A stretch of DNA of 64,000 nt from Lama glama (lineage: Eukaryota), in contig CM052816.1 of NCBI GenBank assembly GCA_028534125.1, forward strand, positions 36,148,001 through 36,212,000, given 5' to 3'. Positions within the stretch are counted from its first letter, which is position 1. Each line of letters opens with the position of its first letter. The position numbers and the translations under genes are program-made. Shown here piece by piece: positions 1 to 12,629 of the stretch. The notes under the pieces were generated by a model, which was given only the letters and a program-made list of their open reading frames with translations, had not been told where the DNA came from and made no database searches.

Positions 1-2743
1 CTTTATCCCATTGTATATTCTTGCCTCCTTCGTCGAAGATTAGTTGACAAAAAGTTTGTGGGTTCATTTCTGGGCTCTATTCTGTTCCACTGGTCTATAT
101 GTCTGTTTTTGTACCAATACCATGCTGTCTTGATGACTGTAGCTCTACAGTATTGTCCAAAGTCTGGGAAGGTGATTCCTCCAGCCTCTTTCTTTCTCTT
201 CAGTAATGCTTTGGCAATTCTAGGTCTTTGATGGTTCCATATAAATTTTATTATGATTTGTTCTAGTTCTGTGAAATATGTCCTGGGTAATTTGAGAGGG
301 ATTGCATTAAATATGTAGATTGCCTTGGGTAGTGTGACCATTTTAACAATATTGATTCTTCCAATCCAAGAGCATGGGATGTCTTTCCATTTTGTAAAGT
401 CTTCTTTAATTTCCTTCATCAATTTCCTTCTTTATAGTTTTCTGTGTATAATTCTTTTACCTCCTTGGTTAGACTTATTCCTAGGTATTTTATTACTTTG
501 GGTGCTATTTTAAAGGGGATTGTTTCTTTACTTTCTTTTTCTGTTGATTCATTATTAGTGTAAAGAAATGCAACTGATTTTTGAACGTTTATCTTGTAAC
601 CTGCTACCTTGCTGAATTCTTCAATCAGCTCTAGTAGTTTTTGTGCAGATCTTTTAGGGTTTTCTATATATAGTAACATGTCATCAGCATATAGTGACAC
701 TTTTACCTCTTCTTTTCCAATTTGGATCCCTTTTATTTCTCTCTCTTGCCTGATTGCTGTGGCTAGGACTTCCAAGACTATGTTGAATAGGAGTGGTGAT
801 AGTGGGCATCCTTGTCTTGTCCTAGATTTTAGTGGGAAGCTTTTGAGTTTTTCACCATTGAGTACTATGCTGGCTGTAGGTTTGTCATATGTAGCTTTTA
901 TTATGTTGAGGTATGATCCCTCTATACCCAATTTGGTGAGAGTTTTTATCATAAGTGGGTGTTGAATTTTATCAAATGCTTTTTCTGCATCGATTGAGAT
1001 GATCATGTGAATTTTGTCCTTTCTCTTGTTGATGTGATGTATTACATTGACTGATTTGCTTATGTTGAACTACCCTTGTGCCCCTGGGATGAACCCCACT
1101 TGGTCATGATGTATAATTTTTCTTATGTGTTGTTGGATTCTATTTGCTAATATTTTGGTGAGGATTTTGGCATCTCTGTTCATCAGTGATATTGGCCTTT
1201 AATTCTCCTTTTTGGTAGTGTCTTTGCCTGGTTTTGGTATCAGGGTGATCATGGATTCATAGAATGAGTTTGGGAGTATTCCCTCCTTTTCAATCTTCTG
1301 GAAGAGTTTGAGAAGGAATGGTATGAGTTCTTCTTTGTATGTTTGGTAGAATTCCCCAGCAAAGCCATCCGGTCCTGAACTTTTATTTGTAGGGAGGTTT
1401 TTTTATTGCTATTTGATTTCATTTCTAGTGATCGGTTTGTTCAAGTAGTCAGTTTCTTCTTGATTCAGTTTTGGTGGACTGTACGTTTCCAGAAACTTGT
1501 CTATCTCCTCTAGGTTATCCAGTTTGGTTCCATATAGTTTTTCATAATATTCTCATATAATATTCTGTATTTCTGTTTGTTGTAATTTCTCCATTTTCCT
1601 TTCTTATTTTGCTAATTTGTGCTCTTTTTCCTTCTTTGTGAGTTTGGCCAGAGGTTTGTCAAGTTTATTTACTTTTTCAAAAAACCAGCTTTTGGTTTGA
1701 TTTTTTTTTAATTTCTATTCTATTTATTTCCTCCCTGATCTTTATAATTTCCTTCTTTCTGCTGCCTTTTGGGGTTTTTTGTTCTTCTTTTTCTAGTTCT
1801 TTTAGTTGGTGGGTTAAATTGTTTGAGATTGTTCTTTTTTGAGGAAGGACTGTTATCACTATAAACTTCCCTCTTAGCACTGCCTTTGCTGTGTCCCATA
1901 ACGTTGTGTGGTTGTGCTTCATTTTCATTTGTCTCAAGGTATTTTTTAATTTCAATTTTGATTTCCTCATTAACCCATTGGTTTTTAATAGCATATTGTT
2001 TAATCTCCATGCTTTCCTTTTCTTCTCCTTTGTTTCTCTGTTGTTTTGTAGTTTCATGGCATTGTGGTCAGTAAAGATGCTTGAGATAATTTCTATCTTC
2101 TTAAAATTGTTGGTTTCTTTTGTGCCCAAGTACATGATCGATCCTGGAAAATGTTCCATGTGTACTTGAAAAGAATGTATATCCTATTTTTGGTGGGTAT
2201 AATGCTCTGAAAATACCCACCAAATCTTTCTATTGTATTATTTAATTTCTCTCTTGCCTTATTTATTTTCTGTCTGGAAGATCTGTCTAGTGATGTTAAT
2301 GTGGTGTTAAAGGCTCCAACTATGATTGTATCCCCATCAATATCCCCCTTTATCTCTGTTAGTAATTGTTTTATGTATTTAGGTGCTCCTATATTGGGTG
2401 CATATATATTAATGAGTGTAATATCCTCATCTTGTATCACTCCTTTAATCATTATAAAATGTCCTTCTTTATCTTTCTTTATGGACTTTGTTTTAAAGTC
2501 TATTTTGTCTGAAATCAGTACTGCAATACCTGATTTTTTGGCTTTTCCATTTGCATGGAATATCCTTTTCCATCCTTTCACTCTCAGTCTATGTGTGTCC
2601 TTCTCCCTAAAGTGGGTCTCTTGTATGCAGCATATGGAAGGCTCTTGCTTTATTATCCAGTCTGCCACTCTAGGTCTTTTGACTGGAGCATTTAGTCCAT
2701 TAACATTTACAGTAGTTAATGATAGATGTGTGTTTATTTCCAT
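1..2743 (-). pseudogene. L1 ORF2p (endonuclease/reverse transcriptase), frameshifted
   Basis: Track ORFs 2093-2743 (NVNGLN...IQETH, APE endonuclease), 1677-2159/1720-2010, 419-1006 ([27 protein letters not shown]) and 3-422 ([17 protein letters not shown]) are in different frames. Confidence 0.95.
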
Positions 2744-3118
2744 TTTGAACTTATCTTTGCAGTTGATTTCGTATATCCTCTTCGCTCCTTTCTTCTTCCT
2801 TTGGTGGTTTGGTAATTTTCCTTTGTATTATCATGGATTTTATTTAGTTTTTGTGACTCCCTTGTAAGTTTTTGGCATGTGGTTACCCTTTTCTGTAAGT
2901 CCATCAGCCCATCACTGTATCTCGAACCCATTCTACTGAGAACAGAAAATTTAAGAAAGAAAGAAAAAAAAATACTCTGTATTTTCTTGCTTCCCTCTCC
3001 CACTCTTAATGATTTAGATGTCTTTTACAATTTCGTGTTTATTTTACTTGTAATTCATGAGTTATCACCTTTCCAGTTATGAGCTTCTCATTTCTGTAGC
3101 ATCCTGCTGCTTTTCTAT

Positions 3119-4000
3119 TTAGAGTAGACCTTTCAATATTTCTTTTAGCATGAGTTTAGTGTTGCTAAACTCTTAGTTTTTGCTTGTCTGTGAAGTTCTT
3201 TATCTCTCCTTCTATCCTAAAGGATAGCCTTGCTGGATAAAGTATGCTAGGCTGCATCCTTTTTTCATTCAGGACTTTGAATGTATCTTGCCACTCCCTT
3301 CTGGCCTGTAGTATTTGTGTAGAGAAATCAGCTGAGAGCATTATGGGGGTTCCCTTGTAACTCACTCTTTGCTTTTCTCTTGCTGCCTTTAGGATCATTT
3401 CTTTATCCTTGACTCTGGCCATCTTGATTATGATATGTCTTGGTGTGGGTGTTTGGGTTTTCCCTGTTTGGGATCCTTTGAACTTCCTATACTTGGATAT
3501 CTGATTCTTTAAGTTTGGGAAGTTTTCAGTCATGATTTCTTTAAAAACCTTTTCAATCCCCTTTGGATCTTTCTTCCCTGTTATGCGAAGATTGGCACAC
3601 TCTGTATTATCCCATAGGTCCCTTATGTTGCTTTCATTTGTTTTTATTTGTTTATCTTGCAGTTGTTCTGATTGGGTGCTTTCTATTGTCCTGTCTTCTA
3701 GATCACTAATTCGTTCCTCTGCATTATCTAGTCTGCTTTGCACAGCCTTTAGATCCGTTCTCATCTCAGCCAATGAGTTTACCAATTCTATTTGTATCTT
3801 CTTTATAGCTTCGATTTCATTTTTGACATATTTTATATCTCTAAACACTATTTCTTTTGGTTCCTTCAATACTTTGATCACTCCTTTTTTTTGAAATCTT
3901 GATCTAGTAGGCTATCAATGTCTATTTCATTGATCATTCTTTCAGGGGGTTTCTCTTGTTCTTTTAATTGGGAATGGTTTCTCTGCTTCATCTTGCTCAT
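3119..4000 (-). pseudogene. L1 ORF1p (coiled-coil/RRM/CTD), frameshifted
   Basis: ATG at 4000 reads MSKMKQRNHSQLKEQEK and frameshifts into track ORF 3165-3881 (RLDNAEERISDLED, TPRHIIIK, ARREW, YPARLSF). A second frameshift precedes the ancestral end KEILKGLL-TAA at 3119. Confidence 0.93.
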
Positions 4001-5160
4001 ATCTCTCTGGCACTGTGGCTTATGGAGTATCAGTTATCTACTGTGGTCTTTAAAGGAGTTTATTTATCTATCTAATGCCTATGTAGCGATAAAACTTGCT
4101 GTTTCCAGGGGCTCTCTGTTGGCACCCTCATCTGTGCTGCTCCCAGTGCCTGTCGGCAAGCAGATGGCACCCCCTCCCAGCATAGCGTTCCTGCCAGAAA
4201 GGCAATGGGCCACCCGCCGTCTCCTGGGGCCGGTCACTCCACGGCTCTGTGCCGCTGCGCACTCTGCCCCTGGTCCCCACTCTGCAGGCAGGCCCTGGGA
4301 AGACTGCAGAACAGCCCCGCACCTGCTCCGTGTCCAAACTCAGCTCCTTGTCTGTCCTGGTGGCACGAACTTTGCGAGGCAACAGGGCGGAAGGATCCTA
4401 TCTGACTCGGGCTGCAAACAAGTCACTGTCTGGCCTTTGAGGCTGCCGAGCCCTCAGGCACGGATTCAGGTTTCGCCCCCGCCCCCACCTGGGTGCCAAG
4501 TGCCATGGGTTATGGTGGCTGCACCTGAGCCCTGCCTCTCCTCGCCGAAAACCTTCCATGGGTTTTCAGAGATGGGAGTATGCAGCCTTCCCCCCAGGAC
4601 ACATCAGCTGTGCTGTTTCATGGAGGGCCCAGGTTGTTCTGTCCTGTGCACCCACTCATCCACGTTGCGCAGTCCCCTGCAGTTCCCCAGGGCTGCCTCA
4701 GTGCAGCTGTCCCCATCCTCTGCCCGGCTCAGGCAGCCTGTCCCAGCCCCCAGCTCCTGGCTTGGGTCTCGGGCTGGGTGTCGCAGGGACCCTCTATGCC
4801 CGTTTAACTTAGTTCTGTAGGTCAAGTGCTGCTCTGTACAGATCCGAGCTTTGGAGGCTCCCCCTCCGTCCCTCTGGCCTCTCCGTTGGAGAGGGGGAAC
4901 CCAGCAAACGAGCACCAGTCCTCCTTTGATGTTCCCTCCCTGTGGGACCAGTCCTGCACTGTTTTGCCTTTTCATCTTTTTTTTTTTTTCTTTTCTCCTA
5001 CCAGATTTTTGGCGTCTCTGTCTTTTGAAGAGGACAACGTTCTGTCAGAGTTCTGCAGGTGCTCTGGTTGGCTGAGTGGGTCCATGGATGTGAATCTTGG
5101 TGTATCTGTGGGAAAGGGTGAGCTACGAGCATCCTACTACTCTGCCATCTTGGCCTCCTC
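4001..5160 (-). promoter_or_regulatory. L1 5'UTR internal promoter with YY1 site
   Basis: GC/CpG-rich stretch 4100-4920. GCCATCTTGG at 5144-5153 is the YY1 motif typical of the start of L1 5'UTRs. Confidence 0.85.
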
Positions 5161-5529
5161 TATCCTGGAAGATGTTTTTAAGTTTAAAATTAATTACATT
5201 TAAATATTGGGCTGGTGGAGCAAACTGCATTAAAAGATGTTTTTATTATATTTATTGTCACAGATGTTAACTTAATGGACCTAACAATTACTGTCTTTTG
5301 GACTTTTGCATAATTCCACCTGATAGAAACTGAATTGCCACATAAGCTCTGTTCTTATCTGAGGCTTTGTGCTCCCAGGGCTACTGGGTCAATGATGAAA
5401 TCATCGCAAGTCCTGAATCAATGCTTTCCTTGAGGAAAATTTCAGTAATCATGGCTATCACAGGGCATCTCTTTTTCACAAATGAGAACAGCAGTGGGTT
5501 TTTTGTAAAAAAATTAGAAGGGTTATTAG

Positions 5530-5945
5530 AATATATAAGCAACCTAGTTTGTCAAGGAAGCTGATTAACTATAGAAAAGACTTTCTTGATGAGATTGGTT
5601 GTTAAACATTCAAACAAGTTACCAAAAGAGGTGCAAAAAGATATATTCTTGGTGATGCTTTAGAAATCCTTAATTCTGTTCAGGGCTGCTTCATACTGTT
5701 GTGTAGGTTACTGGCTAAGGGTCAAAGTGAGGGCTGAAATCCAGCCTACACCCCAGCTGGCAAGCTGGGAGCTCTGAAGTACAGCAACATAAACCCAAAG
5801 GAAGAAGCACTTTTTCTGGTTTGCACAAGGGCACTCTATGAGTTCATGAAAGCGCTAAGTCTGACTCCCTAGATTAGTATAACTGTGGTTTGGCCTAATG
5901 AAAGAATTACCTTCTAAGGTCTCTCCTTCCCCAAATTCTGTAATT
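5530..5945 (+). mobile_element. CR1/L3 LINE 3' remnant, interrupted by a MER91-like element
   Basis: Similar to the L3 3' end (gactttcttgatgagattggttgttaaacatt...; ccttctaaggtctctccttccccaaattctgt). Confidence 0.5.
5681..5857. mobile_element. MER91A-like hAT-Tip100 DNA transposon
   Basis: Starts cagggctgc and contains gagggctgaaatccagcc and ttgcacaagggc. Degenerate 8-bp flanks attctgtt/agtctgac. Confidence 0.7.
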
Positions 5946-6138
5946 TTAAATAAAGTCCCCATGAGATATAAACTGGAATCACTTAACTCAAAATACTAAT
6001 CCCACAATAATTTTAACAAAGAGCGATCCTCATAGTAACATCCAAGTTAGTCCTGGTTCAATGTATTTTTAAGTTCTACCCACTGTTTGGTTGGAACTTG
6101 TGATTAAATCTATCACATTAAACAATATCAACACTTAC

Positions 6139-6216
6139 CCAATGAATTTTATCACTTGGACAACTAATCACAATAATTAGGTCAAAATCCCTTTCTATAC
6201 CCACTTCCATCTTCTT
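6139..6216 (-). CDS. Candidate 78-nt coding exon (KKMEVGIERDFDLIIVISCPSDKIHW), gene unidentified
   Basis: ttag acceptor, TGG|GTAAGT consensus donor, open phase 0-0 frame and Kozak-type aagATGG. The pyrimidine tract is weak and I recognise no homolog. Confidence 0.25.
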
Positions 6217-7232
6217 CTAAGTGACAGCAATATTTGTTATTTTATTTTATGTAAACTCTTAGATAAATACTTCAACTGTCCCCTTTGGTTTTCCAAAAAA
6301 CAAAAAACAAACAAAAAAAAACCTAACTTCAATCTTGCTATCTCTGAGGTGGCTCACAACACTGACCAGACTGCTTCTTCATTCATAGAGTTGTCTAGAA
6401 GACTTACTGATAAAAAATTGTTTGGTTTGGAGAGACTTTGCACTTTATAAAAATCTGTGCAATTATTTGCTATGTGAGTAGCTTTATTTGCCATGTATTC
6501 TGGTCATTTTAAGACATCTGACATACTCAAATGACCAGAAAGCACACAGAAGAAATAATGTAGATTTTAAACCGAGAGAGGGGAAAAAAAAGTGGATAAG
6601 GTAATAAAATGCATGCATGGATTAGAACCTAAATTTTTATTTTATATGTGTGCCTTGCAAATAGCTATTTCATTAGTGGTCTGAAAAAAATGTATTTGAG
6701 TTAATCCCCTCTAAAATGTTTTTCTGTCATCAGCTTTATAGCTTGTGAAACTTTTTCTTAAGGATCACTGCCCATTAGTCTCTCTAGGTCTCCATACATA
6801 AATTGTCAGAGGGCAACTGAGACAGAGTATACAGAAAGAACAAACATAACATAAATTTAGGTGTATGTGTTAGAAAAACAATCTTATATGTAAAAGAATA
6901 TGACTGAGGTCCTCCTTCAGTTAAGCCTAGAATGCCAGCTGAATTCTTATTCTGGCTTTCTCTGATGAGTATTGATCAAGAGTGATCCTTAATAGTCACA
7001 ACCCATGAAGCTCTAGCTGAAACCCCTCTAGGACTGACTTAAGGGGAAAATACAACTTTATTAGTTAAGGCAAAACAAAAACAAAACAAAACAAAAAACT
7101 AGGTTTTTCTTCTACTACTCATACTAAAATGTGAAGCAAACATACAAAAGGAAAAGAATGCATTCATTTATTTTCTAGGCTAGAGAACAAGAGATCTCAT
7201 ATACTCTGCAGAGAGAATCCTTGATAATGATT

Positions 7233-7732
7233 CAGCGATTCTCAGACTTCAGTCCCAGGCGATTTTAATATTTTAAAAATCTGCATGCCGTCTGTATTAT
7301 TTGTTTATATTTTCCTTAAATTGCTTACTTATAGAAAAAAATCTAAATACATTTTTTGAAGGAAAATTTATGTCACTACTGTAAAGGGACAAGACAATAC
7401 CATTTGAGATAACTAACAATAAATATAATAAAAATAATCCAGTTTTACTAAATTCCAGCTGGGCAGTTTTGCTATCAAATGCTCTCAGCCCTAGCCTTGC
7501 TGTTTGTTAAAGTAAGAGAGAGATGGAGGGACATGGGGAGAAAGAGACCGGCACATTTGGGAGAGATATTTTAGAACTACCTAAGTTTTTCTAAAAGCCT
7601 GAAAGATCTTTGAAAGGGAAATACATTTCTTCATATGGCATTTAAAGTTATTAAATGTCAGGTCTATCCCACTTACAATCACCCATCTTTAATGGTAGTA
7701 GGGGTAAAGGACCCAAACTTTTGGGAACACCG
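7233..7732. mobile_element. MER113-like hAT-Charlie DNA transposon
   Basis: cagcgattctca start and tttgggaacaccg end; internal ggaaaatttatgtcactactgtaaa and taaattccagctgggcag resemble MER113. Confidence 0.65.
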
Positions 7733-8098
7733 AACAGAGATTTCTGCTATCACTGGGACACCCTTCTGCATACTTCTGACTCAACACCATTTTTATCCCT
7801 TTGCCACTTATAGAAATGGGCCCAGATGGTGAATAGTGTCCAGAAGACACTTTATAGGTACAAATTAAGGTAAACACAGTTCTAGCTACTGTGATTACAA
7901 AGATGCAGCACCAGTCATTTAAGTGCTTAAGCAAGTGGAATACTATTACCTAACATTTTAGAACTTCAATTAAAAGAAGAAAAAGTATTGCATGTCCTGA
8001 TATACTTTGTTAGGTATTTCTTCCATCTTCTTGGAAAAAAGAAAAAAAAAGAGGTTCCTATTCAAGACAGCAATATAGAAGAATTTGAGCTAGTAAGT

Positions 8099-9228
8099 CT
8101 CACTGTTAAGACCTACTGCCCAGAAAAAAGATTCCTTCCAAAATATTACTGCTCACTGACAATGCATCTGGTCACCCAAGAGCAATGATGTGACAAAGCA
8201 CCTGGTCACCCAAAGGCACTGATGCAGAGGTACAACATCCATTCTGTAGCCCATGGATCAAGGAGTAATTTCAACTTTTAAGTCTTAAGAAACATATTCC
8301 ATAGGCTATAGCTGTCATAGATAGTGATTCTTCTGATCGACCTGGGCCAAGTCAATTGAAAACCTTCTAGAAAGGATTCACTGTTTTCACTGTCAGTAAG
8401 AACACGCATGATTCACGGGGACAGGTCAAAATATCAACATTAACAAGAGTTTGAAAGAAGTTTATTCCAACCCTCATGGATAACTTTGAGGCGTTCAAGA
8501 CTTTAGTAGAGGAAATCACTACAGCTATGGTGGAAATAGCAAGATAACTAAACTTAGAGCTGAAGCCTGAAGATGTGACTGAACTACTGCAATTTCATCA
8601 TAAAACGTGAATGAATGAGGAGTTGTTTCTTATTGTTGAGCAAAGAAAGTGGTTTCTTGAGATGCAAACTACTCCAGGTGAAGATACTGTGATGACTGTA
8701 GAAATGGCAACAAAGGATTTAAAATATTACATCAACTAGGTTGATGAAGCAACAGCAAGGTTTGAGGGGACTGACTCCAATTCTGAAAGAAGTTCCACTA
8801 TGGGTAGAATGCTGTCAAATAGCATTACAGGCTACAGAGAAATCGTTCATGAAAGTAGAGTCAACTGATGCAGCAAACTTCATTTTTGTCTTAATTTTAA
8901 AAATTGCCACCACCCCCCTACCTTCAGTAACTACCACTCTGACCATTCAGCAGCTATCAATAGTCAGGCCATACCCTCTGCTAGCAAAAAGATTATGACT
9001 CACTGAAGGCTCAGATGATGACTAGCATTTTTTTAAATAAAGTATTTTTAATTAAGATATGTACATTATTTTTATATATAATTCTACTGCACGCTTAATA
9101 GACTATAATAGAGTATAAACATAACTTTTATATGTACTGTGAAACCAAAAATTTGCGTGACTTGCTTCATTGTGACATTTGTTTTTGGTGATCTAAAAAC
9201 AAATCTGCAATATCTTCAAGGTAAGCCT
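8099..9228 (+). mobile_element. Tigger1 (TcMar-Tigger) 3' half with decayed transposase
   Basis: Long colinear similarity to Tigger1 (gcccatggatcaaggagtaattt, gaaggctcagatgat) ending in the right TIR gcaatatcttcaaggtaagcct. Confidence 0.92.
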
Positions 9229-9229
9229 T

Positions 9230-12012
9230 AGTAAAAGCAGTGAATTAACCATATATAAAGCTAGTATGAAGGCTAAAGACCAAGCAGTAAAATAATCTAT
9301 ATATAAAATAATTACAGGCTACCCTTGAACAACATGTGTTTGAACTGTGTAAGTTCACTGATATGCAGACATTTTTCACTAAACACATACTAAAGTACTG
9401 CAAAATCCATAATGAGTCAAATCTACAGCTGTGGAATTGTGTATATGGAGGACAAACTGTCCAGTTACATGCTGATTTTCAACTGCATGGAGGGTCAGTG
9501 TCCCCATTCCCTGCATTGTTCAAGAGTCAAGTGTAGTAAGTGACACACAAAACAAAAAGACGTAAAATATGATCTAAAAAACTTAAAACATGGGAAGTGG
9601 GCAGTAAAAACATAATCCTTGTAAAATGCACTTGAACTTAGGCAACCACCAACTTAAAATGGGCTGCTATATACATAGGTTGTTATATATGAACCTCATG
9701 GTAACCCAAAACATGTAACAGACAAAAAGAGAAAGGAACACAAATATAACGCTAAGGAAAGTCATCTGATCACAAGGGAAGAGAACAAGAGAATAAGGAA
9801 AGAATAGAGAAGAATTACGTAAACAACCAGAAAACAATTAATTAAATGGTAATAAATATATGTCAGTCAATAATTACTTTTGATGTAAATGGACTGAATG
9901 CTTTGATCAAGAGATCCAAGGGTGGCTAAACAGGTGAAGAAATAAGACCCATATATATGCTGCCCATAAGAGATTTGCCTATGAGAGATCACCTAAATAT
10001 ATAAAGGAAATATTAATAGATTTAAAGGGAGATATTGACAATAATAGAGTCATAGTAAAGGACTTTAACATCACACTTACCTCAATGGATACATCATCCT
10101 AACAGTAAATGAGTAAGGAAACACTGGCCCAAAATGACATAGTACTCCAAATGGACTTAATAGATATGTATACAGAACACTGAAATCCAAAACAGTAGCA
10201 TGTACAGAGATGCTATTTCTTTTAAAGTGCACATGGAATACTTTCCAGGACAGATCACATGTTAGGCTACAATAAAGTCTCAATAAATTTAAGAAGACTG
10301 AAATCATAGCAAGCATCCTTTCTGATAACAGTATAAAACTAGAAATCAATTACAAGAACAAAACTGGAAAAAACAAACATTTGAGGGTAAACAATATGTT
10401 ACTAAACAATCAATGACTCAAAGGTATCAAGGAGAAAATTAAAAAAATACACTGCAACAAGTAAAAATGGAAATAAAATGTTCCAAAAAGCTATGAGACC
10501 CAGCAAAAGTAGCAGGAGAGAAGCTTATAGTGATTAAGGACTACCTCAGGAAGCAAGAAAAATCTCCACAATCTAAACTTATACCTAAAGGAACTACAAA
10601 AAGAGGAATAAACAAAGCCCAAAGTTAGTAGAAGGAAGGAAATAATGAAGATCAGAATGGAAATAAATGAAATGGAGACTAAACGAAACAACAGAAAAGA
10701 TCAATAAAACCCAGAGCTTGTTCTTTGAAAAGATAAACAAAATTGATAAGCCTTTAACCAGACTCACCAAGAAAAAAGACAGAAGGCCCAAATGAATAAA
10801 ATCAGGAATGAAAGAGAAAATGTTGAAACCAACACTACAGAAATAAAAAAAAAAATCACTAGAGATTACTATGAACAATTATACACCAACAAATTGAACA
10901 ACCTAGAAGAAATGGACAAACTCTGAGAAACATACCATTTCCAAGAATGTATCAGGAAGAAATAGAAAATCTGAACAGACCAATCACTAGTAACGAAATA
11001 GAACTAGTAATCAAAAAACTATGACCAAAAGTCCAGGACCAGATAGCTTTACAGGCGAATTCTACCAAACATTTAAGAAGAGTTATAACTATCTTTTTCA
11101 AACTATTTCAAAAAACTGAAGAGAAAAGAATGCCTCCAAAATAGTTCTGTGGAGCCAGCATAACACTGATACCCAAACAAGATAGATTATAAAAAAAGAA
11201 AATAACAGGCCAATATTCCTGAGGAATATAGATGCAACAATCCTCTACAATATATTAGCAAACTACATTCAACAATACATTAAAAGGATCATATGTCATA
11301 ATCAAGTTGGATTTATTTCAGAAATGCAAAGATGGTTTAATAGCCACCAATCAACCAATATGATACACCATATTCACAAAATGAAGCATAAAATTATATA
11401 ATCATCTCAGTAGATGAAGAAAAATCTTGATAAAATTCAGCATCCATTTATGATTTTAAAAAATACCTTTCTACAAAGTGGGCACAGAGGGAATACACCT
11501 CAACATAATGAAGGCCACATGTGAAATGTCCACAGCTAATATCATACTCATCAATGAAAAGCAAAGCTTTTCTTCTATCAGGAACAAGACAAGGATATCC
11601 ACTATCAGCACTTTTGTTAATGGAGTATCAGAAGTCCTAGCCACAACAATCAGACAAGAGATAAAAAGCACCCAAGTTGGAAAGAAAGAAGAAAAACTGT
11701 CACTATTTGCAGATGACATATTGTATATAGAAAACCATAAATATTCCAAACCAAAAGGTATTACAACTAATAAATAAATTCAGTAAAGTCGCAGGATACA
11801 AAAAATCAACGTACTGAATTCTGTTGCATTTCTATATATTAGTAATGAATTTTCAGAAAGAGAAATTAAATAAGACAATCCTGTTTAAAATTGCATCAAA
11901 ATAAAACATGTAGGGATAAATTTAAACAAGGAGGTAAAAGTATACCCAGAAAACTATGACACTGATGAAAGAAACTGAAGAGACACAAATAAATGGAAAC
12001 ATATACAATGCT
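9230..12012 (+). mobile_element. Older L1 fragment (inter-ORF region and decayed ORF2 EN-RT)
   Basis: gtaaatggactgaatgct (EN start), gtccaggaccagatagcttt, and track ORF 11478-11777 with LFADDILYIEN; many stops and deletions. Confidence 0.9.
9315..9533 (+). mobile_element. Tigger2a (artiodactyl-type) MITE inserted in L1
   Basis: Inverted ends caggctacccttgaacaa / ttgttcaagagtcaagtg flanked by TA (9313-9314, 9534-9535). Confidence 0.85.
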
Positions 12013-12019
12013 CTGCAAC

Positions 12020-12625
12020 TGAGGGTTAAAAGCTCTAAGTCTGTCATAAAATCAACGTTATATCAATTACCATATGATTTCACGCTTATGTGGAAAATGA
12101 AACAAATGAACAAACCACACCAAACTGAACCAAAACACATAGGTACAGAGAACAGAGTAGTGGTTATCAGAAGGGAAGGGGAATGGGGAAGGTGAAATTG
12201 GTAAAGAGGATCAACTGTATGGTGACAGATGGGAGCCAGATTTTCAGTAGTGAGTACATTGCAGGGTAAACAGAAGTCGAAACATAACTGTATATACAAG
12301 AAACTTACACAGTGTTGTAAACCAATGTTACCTCAATAAAAAATAAAATAAATAAATGTCACAGGGATGTCATGTGTGACTGTAGCTAATACTATATTGT
12401 ATATTTGAAAGTTGCTTAGAGAGTACATCTTAAAAGTTCTCATCACAAGAAAAATACATTTTTTATCTACATGTAGGGTGATGGATGTTACTGAACATTA
12501 TAATGATTAGTTTGCAATATATACATATAAAGAATCATTGTGGTGTACATCTGAAACTAATATTATAAGTAAATTATAAAAATATGTCATTTATGAAAAA
12601 GAAAATATTATATGTCAATTATAAA
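12020..12625 (+). mobile_element. L1MA9-like 3' end interrupted by a second L1 3' end (~12065-12356)
   Basis: Outer piece has tatatttgaaagttgct...cttaaaagttctcatcacaagaa. Inner piece ends aaccaatgttacctcaataaaaaataaaataaataaa. Confidence 0.75.
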
Positions 12626-12629
12626 AAAG

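Larger units (their letters stand above)
1..5160 (-). mobile_element. LINE-1, 5'-complete and relatively young; 3' end lies left of the window
   Basis: Minus-strand ORFs translate to L1 ORF2 (EN, RT with YADD) and ORF1 in the correct order. A GC-rich 5'UTR begins GAGGAGGCCAAGATGGC at 5160. Confidence 0.97.

Noticed and set aside
325..3894. Plus-strand ORFs 325-513, 609-965, 2301-2867 and 3532-3894
   Set aside because: Antisense shadows of L1 ORF1/ORF2 with no independent coding signal.
4128..5203. Many overlapping short ORFs on both strands
   Set aside because: Expected in a GC-rich L1 5'UTR; only the 300-aa ORF was kept as a lead.
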